A stretch of 23,848 nt of DNA from a virus (lineage: Duplodnaviria; Heunggongvirae; Uroviricota; Caudoviricetes). The stretch is from positions 1 through 23,848 of IMG/VR virus record IMGVR_UViG_2526164619_000004. One strand, 5' to 3'. How positions within the stretch are numbered: the stretch's first letter is position 1; each line of letters starts with the position of its first letter. Positions 15,481 through 23,848 of this stretch are shown here, piece after piece. The position numbers were made by a program, and so were the translations under genes. The notes below the pieces were generated by a model. It did not search any database. It had not been told where the DNA came from and saw nothing but the letters and a program-made list of their open reading frames with translations.

Positions 15481-17081
15481 TCACCCGGAGAAGGTAAATC
15501 CCTCAAGAGGCAGCAACTCTGCCAGTCGCTCCTCCGGCCACTCCGGCAGACGCATCAGGACGTCTGTCAACCAGGCATGCGGCTCCAGACCGTTGCGTTT
15601 CGCGGTTTCCAGCAAGCTCATTATTTGCGCGGCGCGTTCTCCCGCCATCTGCGAACCGGCGAACAGCCACGATTTTCTGCCCAGAACCACGTTTTTGATG
15701 GCCCGTTCACACACATTATTATCCAGCGGCACCGCACCATCTTCCAGGAAGCGGCTCAGTTCCACGCGATGAGACAGCGCATAGGCAATGGCTTTGTGTA
15801 ATGCCTTTCCCGGAGAACATTGCGGTTCCTGCTCTTCAAGCCATGACCACAGTTCTTCCAGTATCGGACGGGCATAACGCTGTCGCCACTGGCGGATTTT
15901 TTCCACGGGGCGGCTACTGATCTTCTTCTCAAGACGGTACAACCCCGCGATTTTCTTCACGGCTATGGCAGCCCGTGGATCTTTACTGATTTATACAGGT
16001 CGGCGAAGCCCCTGCGGGCATGGGCCCAGCATCCGGCCAGCGTGATCTCCGGCACTTTGTTTGCCAGAGTCCGGTAAGCTTTATGTCCGTCGACAACCAG
16101 CGTCCCGCCCCAGCCCTGAAGCCAGTTTTCAGGATACTCATGGCTACGTCCGGTCCGGCAGTCGAAGCACACAACTGACGGTCCCGTCCTTTCTCCACTG
16201 ACGTATGCCCACAGATAACCGGAGCAGGATTTACCGCCTTTCTTCGTGTTCAGGATCTTCAGGGTAGTCTCATCTGCATGCACCACCGGACGGTTTATCA
16301 ACTCGCGATGGAGTAACGCCGCCAGGGGAGATAATTCGGCACCCGCCGCGCCAACCATGTCAGCCATCGAACTGACGGGCAGCCCGACATCTGAACGGGC
16401 AAAGACCTGTTGCTGGCGATACAGAGGCAGGTGGTCACCGTATTTATTGATGATCACCTGTGCGATGACTGATGGCTCAACGGCACTTTTCGGGAGGATA
16501 TGTGCCGGCATTTCACCGCTGAACACCTTCTGACAACAGGGACAACTGTATTGCGGACGGACATAACGGTTCACCACAAAGTGAGCGGGAATATACTCTA
16601 GCTTTTCACTCACCGCATCGCGGATATAGTGCAGCGGCTCGTCACATTCAGGGCAATGGTCAGTGTCCGGCTGGATAATTTTTTCCACCCGTGGAAGATG
16701 AACCGGTAAGGGTTTGCGTATCGGGCGTGAACGGGACGCTTTTTCATCTTCTTCAGGGGATTGCGGGAGCAGTTTATCCAGATGTGCGGTAAGCGCGGCG
16801 ATATCGGCATCAACATCCTCTTCGAATAGGGAGCGTTGCATACCAGCCAGCGTTTCACATTTTTTTCCGAAGCGCTGTTGACGAACCAGTTTCAGCATTT
16901 CTTCCAGAAGCTGGATGCGCCGGCTTTTCTCCAGTAATTCCCGCTCTTTTTCGGCATTCTCCGACATGACTTCTTGTACCATGGCAAGTGCCATAGCACG
17001 CAGTTTTTCGATGTCATTCGTGGTGTTGAGAGCGGAGATATCCATACAGGGGAGTATATCACTCCAGATACGGATATTCAT
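15481..17081 (-). pseudogene. tnpC: IS66-family transposase TnpC with a single-base frameshift
   Basis: 372-aa N-terminal ORF (15963-17081) and 159-aa C-terminal ORF (15481-15960) in different frames. Joining them across the T-run at 15991-15993 restores a continuous protein (...AHARRGFADLYK/ISKDPRAAIAVKKIAGLY...) that is colinear with the copy-1 TnpC. Confidence 0.8.
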
Positions 17082-17087
17082 TATTTT

Positions 17088-17480
17088 TCACTGAGTTAGC
17101 AGTGTATTTTGCGTGTTTTCAGGGCGCAGTTCAGGTTCATTCTGCCAGACCCATTTCGTCAGGTCATGTCCCTTAACCTGCTGCCAGTCAACACCGGCAA
17201 TCAGCCAGTTAAACTCGTCGGGAGTGAGGTGCCAGGCAGCGTCATTTGCACGTGGCCAGCGGAAGCTGCCTTTGTGCAGACGGCGGGTACACAACCACAC
17301 CCCGTGTTTATCCCACCGGAGAACTTTGATACGCGAACGGGCTTTGTTAACAAAGACGAAGGCGGCTCCCTCATGCCATGTCGACCGGAGTTCATCCTGT
17401 ATATACTGCATCAGTGAGTCGATGCCCCGGCGCATGTCAACAGGTTTAATTGCGATGAAGACATTATCAGGACTGAGCAT
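17088..17480 (-). CDS. tnpB: IS66-family Orf2 (TnpB) accessory protein
   Basis: Start MLSPDNVFIAIKPVDMRRGIDSLMQYIQDE... at 17480, overlapping the orf1 stop. The track ORF extending to 17774 is an upstream artefact. Confidence 0.8.
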   Translation of the reverse strand: MLSPDNVFIAIKPVDMRRGIDSLMQYIQDELRSTWHEGAAFVFVNKARSRIKVLRWDKHGVWLCTRRLHKGSFRWPRANDAAWHLTPDEFNWLIAGVDWQQVKGHDLTKWVWQNEPELRPENTQNTLLTQ

Positions 17481-17796
17481 ATTTGAGTGCCCTGAAGACA
17501 TCGGTAAGTTGTGACGGCTGACAGCACATCCGTACTCCACCGGGAAGGAAGAGCGTGACTGGCTCATTCGTGACGGGCTGTGGTACGTCAGCATGCAGTG
17601 GTGGCGCAATATGAACGGGAAGAACGGTCGGTTCATTTGCCCGGCGTTCAGCTTTTGCGACATCCTGCGGCCATTCGCGAAGTGATGTGAAGGGAATATC
17701 GTTGAGTTCATAGTATTGCTGACGTGTAAGACCACTGGCGCGCCAGGCAGCAACGTGCTGCCTTTTCTGTTCAATGGTCCATCGGGGTTTTGACAT
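17467..17796 (-). CDS. tnpA: IS66-family Orf1 (TnpA)
   Basis: 109-aa ORF MSKPRWTIEQKRQHVAAWRASGLTRQQYYELNDIPFTSLREW... at the expected position. Confidence 0.75.
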   Translation of the reverse strand: MSKPRWTIEQKRQHVAAWRASGLTRQQYYELNDIPFTSLREWPQDVAKAERRANEPTVLPVHIAPPLHADVPQPVTNEPVTLFLPGGVRMCCQPSQLTDVFRALKYAQS

Positions 17797-17884
17797 CGAT
17801 TATCTCCGGTAAGTTGGTGAATGGATGTCGGTAATACTAACTGACCGAAGATCCCTGTGAAGATGACTTCCCCGTAACGACACT

Positions 17885-20800
17885 CAAAATTTCGGCAAAT
17901 TCACAGTCATTCCAGTCGGAGATCCAGCGGGCGTCCCGTATGGGCAGTGAATATTACCGGACCCTGCAGAATGGCGGACGTCATGCCGCTGCTGCCGCAC
18001 GGGAACAGCGCCGCGCCCTTGCAGAACTGAACAGTCAGTTGACGGAAATTCGCGGTTCTGCTGTCGGAATGGCTGGCGCATTTGCCGGTGCCTTTGCCAC
18101 CGGACACCTGATTTCGCTGGCCGATGAGTGGGGTTCCGTGAATGCCCGTCTGAAACAGGCATCTCAGTCATCGGATGAATTCTCGTCATCACAGAAAGTG
18201 CTGATGGATATCAGTCAGCGAACAGGTACCGCGTTCTCGGATAATGCGGCCCTGTTTGCCCGTTCGGCTGCCTCGATGCGTGAATATGGTTACAGTGCTG
18301 ATGATGTGCTGAAGGTGACGGAGGCCATTTCGACAGGACTGAAACTGTCAGGGGCTGGAGTTGCGGAATCCGGTTCGGTGATCACCCAGTTCAGCCAGGC
18401 ACTGGCACAGGGTCTACTAGCGTGGCGAAGAATTTAATGCTGTTAACGAAAATGGCGACCGGGTGATCCGCGCGCTTGCTGCGGGGATGGGTGTGGCCCG
18501 TAAAGATCTGAAGGCAATGGCGGATGACGGAAAACTGACAGCGGATAAAGTGGTCCCTGCGTTAATCAGCCAGCTGGGGATATTACGTGATGAATATGCG
18601 GCCATGCCGGAAACGGTTTCCGGTAGTATCACGAAGGTGGAAAACGCCTTTATGGCCTGGGTGGGCGGAGTGAATGAGGCCTGCGGGGTGACAAAAACGC
18701 TCTCCGGTGTGCTGAACGGTGTTGCCGGACAGATTGATAATGTGGCAACAGCTGTGGGGGCGCTGGTTGCCGTCGGGGTTGCCCGGTACTTTGGCAATAT
18801 GGCCTCCGGAGCGATGTCTGCCACGGCAGGACTTGTGACGGCTGCACGTAATGAAGTTGCACTGGCGGAAGCACAGTTCAGGGGAACGCAGATTGCCACG
18901 GCGCGGGCAAGGGCAGCCGTGTACCGTGCTCAGCAGGCCGTGGCGGCAGCCCGCGGGACGGAGATGCAGATTGCTGCAGAGGCCCGTCTGGCGGCCACAC
19001 AGGAACGCCTGAACAGAAATATTGCTGCCAGAAGCGCCGCCCAGAATGCGCTGAACAGTACAACGGCGGTGGGCTCACGTCTGATGAGCGGTGCGCTGGG
19101 GCTGGTTGGTGGCGTACCCGGACTGGTGATGCTGGGGGCTGCAGCATGGTACACGCTGTACCAGAATCAGGAGCAGGCCAGGGAGTCTGCGCGCCAGTAT
19201 GCACTGACGATAGATGAAATCGCGCATAAAACGCCGTCAATGTCTTTGCCTGAAGCCTCAGATAATGAAGGACGAACACGGGCGGCGCTGACAGAGCAGA
19301 ACCGGCTGATTGATGAACAGGCTAGTCGGGTGAAATCCCTGCAGGAAAAAATCGCAGGATATCAGTATGTTCTGGCGAACCCGGGCTGGACGACCGGTGA
19401 CGGATTCATGATAAACCATCTGACCTCGGTGAAGACCGTAACGGAAGGGCTTGCTCAGGCAACAGAGCAGCTTGCCGTTGAGCAGTCCCGTCTGGCACTG
19501 ATGCAGGAAAAAGCGCAGTCCATTCAGGATGTGCTTGCCGGGCTGGAAGACCGTCGTGTGGCGTTAATTCGTCAGCAGGCGGCAGAGCAGAATAAGGTGT
19601 ACCAGTCCATGCTGGTTATGAACGGTCAGCATACGGAATTCAACCGTCTGCTGGGGCTGGGTAATGAACTGCTTCAGCAGCGGCAGGGACTGGTGAATGT
19701 GCCGTTACGGCTGCCACAGGCCACTCTGGATGATAAACAGCAGAGTGCCCTGACAAAAACAGAGCGTGAGCTGGCCCTGTCCAGACTGAAAGGGGAAGAA
19801 AAAGAGCGTGTCCGACTGGGGTATGCGGCGGATGACCTCGGTTTTGTGGGTGATCCGTATCAGGAGGCGAGACAACGTTATATCAGTAATGCCCTGGAAG
19901 CCTGGCGCAATAACGAGGCGAATAAACCCAAATCCCGGGGTGGAAAATCAGAGACGGAAAAAGCGGAAGACAGTTTTTCCCGGCTGCTGAAGCAGCAGAA
20001 AGAGCAACTGGCACTGGCGGGGCAGAATACAGAGCTGGCGAAGCTGAAATACCAGACTGCGCAGGGCGAACTGAAAACCCTGACGGAGATGCAGAAGCAG
20101 GAACTGCTGCGCAATGCGGCCCTGATTGACCAGCAAAAAATCCGGGAGCAGTTGCGGTCCCGGGAAGAGACCCTGAAGAATGATAATGTGGCTGCGCGTG
20201 CATCAAATGAAGCGGAACTGCTGGGGTACGGGCAGGGAGAGCGGCTCCGTGAACGCATGCGGGAGTTGCAGCAGATCCGCGACAGTTTCCGCCAGAAGGA
20301 TGCGGACCTTCAGTCTCAGTATCAGACCGGGGATATCAGTGAGGATTTTTACAGACAGGCTCTGGCATAGAACGCGCAGTATCTGAGTGAACGTCTGAAA
20401 GAGCAGGAAGCCTTTTATGCCGAATCGGATGTGCAGCGTGCGGACTGGCAGAAAGGGCTGCAGGAGGGATTCAGTAACTGGGTGGATAATGCGTCCGATT
20501 ACGCCTCACAGGCAGCACAGCTTGCGACGGAGGGTATCTCAGGGATGGTGAATAACATCACGGAGATGCTGAACGGAAATAAAGTGGAATGGCGCAGCTG
20601 GGCCTCATCAGTGCTGCAGGAAATATCAAAAGTTCTTATGAATGCCGCGATTGTCAACGGGATCAAGACGGCGGCAAACAGTATGTCCGGAGCGGGAGGA
20701 TTTATCGGCAGTATTGGTAGCTGGCTGGGCGGTGCGGTGGCCAATGCAAAAGGCGGTGTGTATACCTCGGCAAACCTGAGTGCGTACAGCAACAGTATTG

Positions 20801-21102
20801 TGGATACGCCCACGTACTTTGCCTTTGCAAAAGGGGCGGGACTGATGGGGGAGGCCGGTCCTGAAGCCATTATGCCCCTGACCCGGGCGGCGGATGGCTC
20901 GCTGGGTGTGCGAGCGGTGGGCAGTATGAACGGCAGTGCAGGTCTGGTGTATTCCCCGGTCTACCATATCGCCATTCAGAATGACGGGACTAATGGCCAG
21001 ATAGGGCCGGAAGCTGCGGGCAGCCTTGTGCAACTGATTGACCAGCGGGTGCAGGCGGTGATGCTGTCCATGCGACGTGACGGAGGAATGCTGAGTGGCT
21101 GA
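17885..21102 (+). pseudogene. H: Tail tape measure protein (lambda H homologue): 5' end removed by the IS, one frameshift, one in-frame amber codon
   Basis: Three colinear segments: 17885-18437 (no start codon near the IS boundary), 18463-20370 and 20431-21102. Frame change about 18418 (...QALAQGLL / RGEEFNAVNENGDRVIRALAAG...). In-frame TAG at 20368-20370 with homology continuing (...YRQALA * NAQYLSERLKEQ...). C-terminal ...AIQNDGTNGQIGPEAAG...MRRDGG parallels the lambda gpH C-terminus (recalled). Confidence 0.8.
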
Positions 21103-21436
21103 GATAAAAACGCTGCATCTGGTCCCGCGTGAAGGGATGCAGGTGAGTGAGAAACCGTCGGTGGCGAGGGTACGGTTTGGTGACGGTTATGAACAGCGCC
21201 GCCCGACGGGACTTAATGCCCGACTGAAGACGTTTCAGGCGGTGTTCCGGGTGACGGATGAGGCGACCCGGCGATGGCTGGAAGAGTTTTTATCGTGGCA
21301 TGGTGGTTACCGTGCCTTTTTGTGGCGACCGCCGAAACATAACCGGACGGTGAGGGTGGTATGCCGGGAGTGGAGCGTCACAGATAACGCCAGGTACAGT
21401 GATTTCAGTTGTACGATTGAGCAGGTGGTGAACTGA
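21095..21436 (+). CDS. M: Minor tail protein (lambda M homologue)
   Basis: GTG start with GGAGG RBS, overlapping the H stop; ...VRFGDGYEQRRPTGLNARLKT...HGGYRAFLWRPP...EQVVN parallels lambda gpM (recalled). Confidence 0.85.
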   Translation: MAEIKTLHLVPREGMQVSEKPSVARVRFGDGYEQRRPTGLNARLKTFQAVFRVTDEATRRWLEEFLSWHGGYRAFLWRPPKHNRTVRVVCREWSVTDNARYSDFSCTIEQVVN

Positions 21437-22134
21437 TGCAGGATATTCGCGAAGAAAGGCTGAACGAGTCGGTTAAGTCAGAGCAGTCACCGCGGGTGGT
21501 ACTCTGGGAAATCGACCTGACGGTACAGGGTGGTGAGCGGTATTTTTTCTGTAATGAGCTGAATGAAAAAGGGGAGCCGGTCACCTGGCAGGGGCGTAAG
21601 TATGAGGCATACCCGATTGACGGCAGCGGCTTTGAGATGAACGGCCGGGGCAGCAGTGCCAGACCGTCGCTGACGGTGTCCAATCTGTTCGGTCTGGTCA
21701 CCGGGATGGCGGAAGACCTGCAGAGTCTGGTGGGGGCCACGGTGGTCCGCCGCCGGGTGTATGCCCGTTTTCTGGATGCGGTGAATTTCGTTGCGGGCAA
21801 TCCGGAGGCGGACCCGGAGCAGGAGCTGAGTGACCGCTGGGTGGTGGAGCAGATGTCGCAGCTGACAGCCATGACGGCCTCGTTTGTGCTGGCTACACCG
21901 ACCGAGACGGACGGGGCGCTGTTTCCCGGTCGTATCATGCTGGCGAACACCTGTATGTGGACCTACCGCTCTGATGAGTGTGGTTACACGGGCGGGGCTG
22001 TGGCGGATGAGTTCGATAAACCCACCACGGATATCCGTAAGGACAGATGCAGCAAGTGCATGCGCGGGTGTGAACTGCGCAGGAATGTCGGCAATTTTGG
22101 CGGTTTCCTTTCCATTAATAAACTTTCGCAGTAA
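21436..22134 (+). CDS. L: Tail tip assembly protein (lambda L homologue) with C-terminal Cys cluster
   Basis: 232-aa ORF; MQDIREERLNE...VVLWEIDLT...GGERYFFCNE...GEPVTWQGR...FPGRIMLANTCMWTYRSDECGY...CSKC...VGNFGGFLSINKLSQ is near-colinear with lambda gpL (recalled). Confidence 0.9.
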   Translation: MQDIREERLNESVKSEQSPRVVLWEIDLTVQGGERYFFCNELNEKGEPVTWQGRKYEAYPIDGSGFEMNGRGSSARPSLTVSNLFGLVTGMAEDLQSLVGATVVRRRVYARFLDAVNFVAGNPEADPEQELSDRWVVEQMSQLTAMTASFVLATPTETDGALFPGRIMLANTCMWTYRSDECGYTGGAVADEFDKPTTDIRKDRCSKCMRGCELRRNVGNFGGFLSINKLSQ

Positions 22135-22144
22135 ATCCCGGTTT

Positions 22145-22888
22145 ATGACACAGACTGAATCAGCGATTCTGGCGCATGCCCGGCGGTGTGCGCCTGCGGA
22201 GTCGTGCGGCTTCGTGATAAGCACGCCGGAGGGGGAGCGGTATATCCCTTGTGTGAATATTTCTGCAGAGCCGGAGGCGTATTTTCGTATCGCACCGGAA
22301 GACTGGCTGCGGGCAGAGATGCAGGGGGAGATTGTGGCACTGGTCCACAGTCATCCCGGTGAGCTGCCCTGGCTGAGCGAGGCTGACCGGCGGCTGCAGA
22401 TAAAAAGCGCACTGCCCTGGTGGCTGGTCTGCCGGGGGGAAATTCATAAATTCCGCTGTGTGCCACATCTGACAGGACGGCGCTTTGAGCACGGGGTGAC
22501 GGACTGTTACACGCTGTTCCGGGATGCATACCATCTGGCGGGAATTGATATGCCGGATTTTCATCGCGAGGATGACTGGTGGCGCAACGGCCAGAACCTG
22601 TACCTGGACAATATGGCGGTCACCGGCTTTTACCGGGTGCCCCTGTCCTCTGCACAGCCGGGCGATATCCTGCTGTGCTGCTTCGGCGCATCGGTGGCTA
22701 ATCATGCCGCCATTTACTGTGGCAACGGTGAACTGCTTCACCATATTCCTGAACAACTGAGTAAACGGGAGAGGTATTCCGAAAAATGGCAACGACGAAC
22801 GCATTCTGTCTGGCGTCACCGCCACTGGCACACATCTGCCTTCACGGGGATTTACAACGATTTGGCCGCCGCCTCAGCCTGTATGTGA
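22145..22888 (+). CDS. K: Tail assembly protein (lambda K homologue) with JAMM/MPN-type metalloprotease motif and NlpC/P60-like domain
   Basis: Start MTQTESAILAHARRCAPAESCGFV... at 22145; motif ALVHSHPGELPWLSEADR; ...HGVTDCYTLFRDAYH... parallels lambda gpK (recalled). The track ORF from 21884 is an unsupported upstream extension. Confidence 0.85.
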   Translation: MTQTESAILAHARRCAPAESCGFVISTPEGERYIPCVNISAEPEAYFRIAPEDWLRAEMQGEIVALVHSHPGELPWLSEADRRLQIKSALPWWLVCRGEIHKFRCVPHLTGRRFEHGVTDCYTLFRDAYHLAGIDMPDFHREDDWWRNGQNLYLDNMAVTGFYRVPLSSAQPGDILLCCFGASVANHAAIYCGNGELLHHIPEQLSKRERYSEKWQRRTHSVWRHRHWHTSAFTGIYNDLAAASACM

Positions 22889-23462
22889 ACACGGCAGCGG
22901 AAGCCATTCGCGCCCTGTCGATGCAGATGCCGGGCTTTCGCCTTCAGATGAACGAAGGCTGGTACCAGATACGTATTGCCGGTGAAAACACGGCACCGGA
23001 GGTGGTGTACGCCCGCCTTCACGAACAGCTGGGTGAGGGAACGGTCATCCACATTGTGCCGCGACTGGCCGGGGCCGGAAAGGGTGGACTGCAGATTGTG
23101 TTGGGGGCGGCAGCCATCGTGGGCTCTTTCTTCACTGCCGGGGCATCAATGGCGTTATGGGGTTCAGCCCTGGCAGCCGGTGGTTTTTCTGCCACCACGA
23201 TGCTGTTTTCACCTGGAGCCAGCATCTGGGCGGTGTGGCCCAGATGCTGGCCCCGAAGGCAAAAACACCGGATTACCGCGCAACGGATAACGGCAGACAG
23301 AACACGTACTTTTCCTCGCTGGATAACATGATTGCCCAGGGGAACCCGATGCCGGTGCCTTACGGGGAAATGCTGGTTGGCTCCCGTCGTATATCCCAGG
23401 ACATCAGCACCCGTGATGAAGGCGGGGGCGGAAAGGTCGTGGTTATCGGGCGACAGGGATAA
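22786..23462 (+). pseudogene. I: Tail assembly protein (lambda I homologue) with a frameshift about 23225
   Basis: MATTNAFCLASPPLAHICLHGDLQRFGRRL...IVLGAAAIVGSFFTAG... is lambda-I-like, then the frame is lost. The conserved C-terminal region (LGGVAQMLAPKAKTP...DNGRQNTYFSSLDNMIAQGN...YGEM...GGGGKVVVIGR) is in another frame, ending at TAA 23460-23462. Confidence 0.8.
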
Positions 23463-23465
23463 AAC

Positions 23466-23500
23466 ATAAAAAAATCCCGCAGTGATCGCGGAGCTGCGGG
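23466..23500 (-). terminator. Rho-independent terminator on the minus strand, immediately 3' of the I stop codon
   Basis: Minus-strand hairpin CCCGCAG-CTCCGCGATCA-CTGCGGG followed by ATTTTTTTA (plus-strand 23476-23500 preceded by A7 at 23468-23474). Confidence 0.5.
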
Positions 23501-23561
23501 GACAGACAAAGATTAGAGTTAAGGAGTTGTTTTTGTTACCCGGGCAAAAAAACACTAACGC
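23467..23561 (-). ncRNA. Candidate small RNA of about 95 nt (promoter to terminator) in the I-J moron
   Basis: Region between the predicted minus-strand promoter and terminator. Predicted transcript GCGUUAGUGUUUUUUUGCCCGGGUAACAAAAACAACUCCUUAACUCUAAUCUUUGUCUGUCC plus terminator hairpin and U7 tail. No ORF with a plausible start. Hypothetical, from sequence only. Confidence 0.3.
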
Positions 23562-23567
23562 AGAGAA

Positions 23568-23595
23568 ATTATAAGCGCCACAGTCAGTGTGTGAA
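23568..23595 (-). promoter_or_regulatory. Candidate sigma70 promoter on the minus strand
   Basis: Minus-strand TTCACA (-35; plus 23590-23595), a 16-nt spacer, then consensus TATAAT (-10; plus 23568-23573). Confidence 0.35.
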
Positions 23596-23633
23596 AATGT
23601 GAAGATATTCAGAAATTTTATTCCGTCATGACG

Positions 23634-23664
23634 CAGGCACCCGGTGAGGTGCCTGTTGTTTTTG
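23634..23664 (+). terminator. Rho-independent terminator on the plus strand, just upstream of the J RBS
   Basis: CAGGCACC-CGGTGA-GGTGCCTG hairpin followed by TTGTTTTTG. Confidence 0.5.
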
Positions 23665-23698
23665 TGAGTGAACAATTATCACGGTAAGAGGTGATGTA

Positions 23699-23848
23699 AT
23701 GGGCAAAGGTGGCGGCAGGGCGCACACACCGCGTGAGGCGAAAGACAATCTCAAATCCACGCAGATGATGAGCGTGATTGATGCGATTGGTGAGGGACCG
23801 ATAGAAGGCCCGGTGAAAGGCCTGCAGAGTATTCTGGTGAACAAAACC
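23699..23848 (+). CDS. J: Tail tip / host specificity protein (lambda J homologue), 5' end only; continues past the window
   Basis: AAGAGGTGA RBS then ATG at 23699; MGKGGGRAHTPREAKDNLKSTQMMSVIDAIGEGPIEGPVKGLQSILVNKT is colinear with the lambda gpJ N-terminus (recalled). Confidence 0.85.
   Translation, partial: MGKGGGRAHTPREAKDNLKSTQMMSVIDAIGEGPIEGPVKGLQSILVNKT

Larger units (their letters stand above)
15121..17884 (-). mobile_element. IS66-family insertion sequence, copy 2, about 2.76 kb, diverged from copy 1, transposase frameshifted
   Basis: orf1-orf2-orf3 on the minus strand. Imperfect terminal repeats: plus strand 15121 GTAAGCTTCCGGGGAACTCATATTGAC versus the reverse complement of 17855-17884, ...GTTACGGGGAAGTCATCTTCAC (17 of 21 identical over the core). 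No flanking 8-bp direct repeat found. Confidence 0.55.

Noticed and set aside
15991-15993. Programmed ribosomal frameshifting as the explanation for the split IS66 tnpC, the A6 site in terminase A, and the other structural-gene frameshifts
   Set aside because: Only G-T has a slippery heptamer in the right phase at a position known to frameshift in lambda-like phages. The other sites lack a heptamer and structure context, and the affected genes are single ORFs in all homologues I know, so they are treated as mutations or possible sequencing errors.
23533-23574. 13-codon mini-ORF (TTG start, AAGGAG SD) in the I-J insert as a type I toxin or small protein
   Set aside because: The product (MLPGQKNTNAEKL with TTG read as Met) is short, hydrophilic and lacks a transmembrane segment, and it starts at a non-ATG codon. 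It is kept only as a note inside the moron finding rather than called as a gene.
1-23848. tRNA or tmRNA gene, or an attL/attR core, marking the prophage boundary
   Set aside because: I found no cloverleaf-compatible sequence or integrase gene anywhere in the window. The left prophage boundary is formed by IS elements, and the right boundary lies beyond the window.

Overview
This window reads as an Escherichia/Shigella-type chromosomal segment joined to a decayed lambda-like prophage. Calls rest on reading the sequence and on recalled lambda and IS protein sequences; no searches or folding were run.

Layout, left to right:
- 1-425: the 3' end of a nucleoside-permease-like gene (nupG-like), a bidirectional terminator, and a convergent ornithine decarboxylase (speC-like) 3' fragment.
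- about 426-1772: an IS110-family insertion sequence that cuts off the decarboxylase gene.
- about 1773-4439: an IS66-family element (minus strand) with a disrupted tnpC.
- 4571 onward: a lambda-type cos site, then a head and tail block in lambda order: Nu1, A, W, B, C/Nu3, D, E, FI, FII, Z, U, V, G/T, a second IS66-family element, H, M, L, K, I, a 236-bp insert, and the start of J.

The prophage is a remnant. Its lysis and early arm is missing, and A, E, V, H and I carry frameshift or nonsense lesions. W, B, C, D, FII, Z, U, G, M, L and K look intact, and the G-T slippery site is preserved.

The signals most worth a second look are:
- a moron-like insert between I and J with a near-consensus minus-strand promoter, terminators on both strands and no convincing ORF, which I read as a candidate small RNA;
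- the IS110-family element, whose family is known to encode a guide (bridge) RNA in a non-coding end, with repeated GCGACGT motifs exactly at its junction with the IS66 element;
- a cos site with lambda-identical cosN but a different set of cosB repeats.

All coordinates for IS ends and lesions are approximate.
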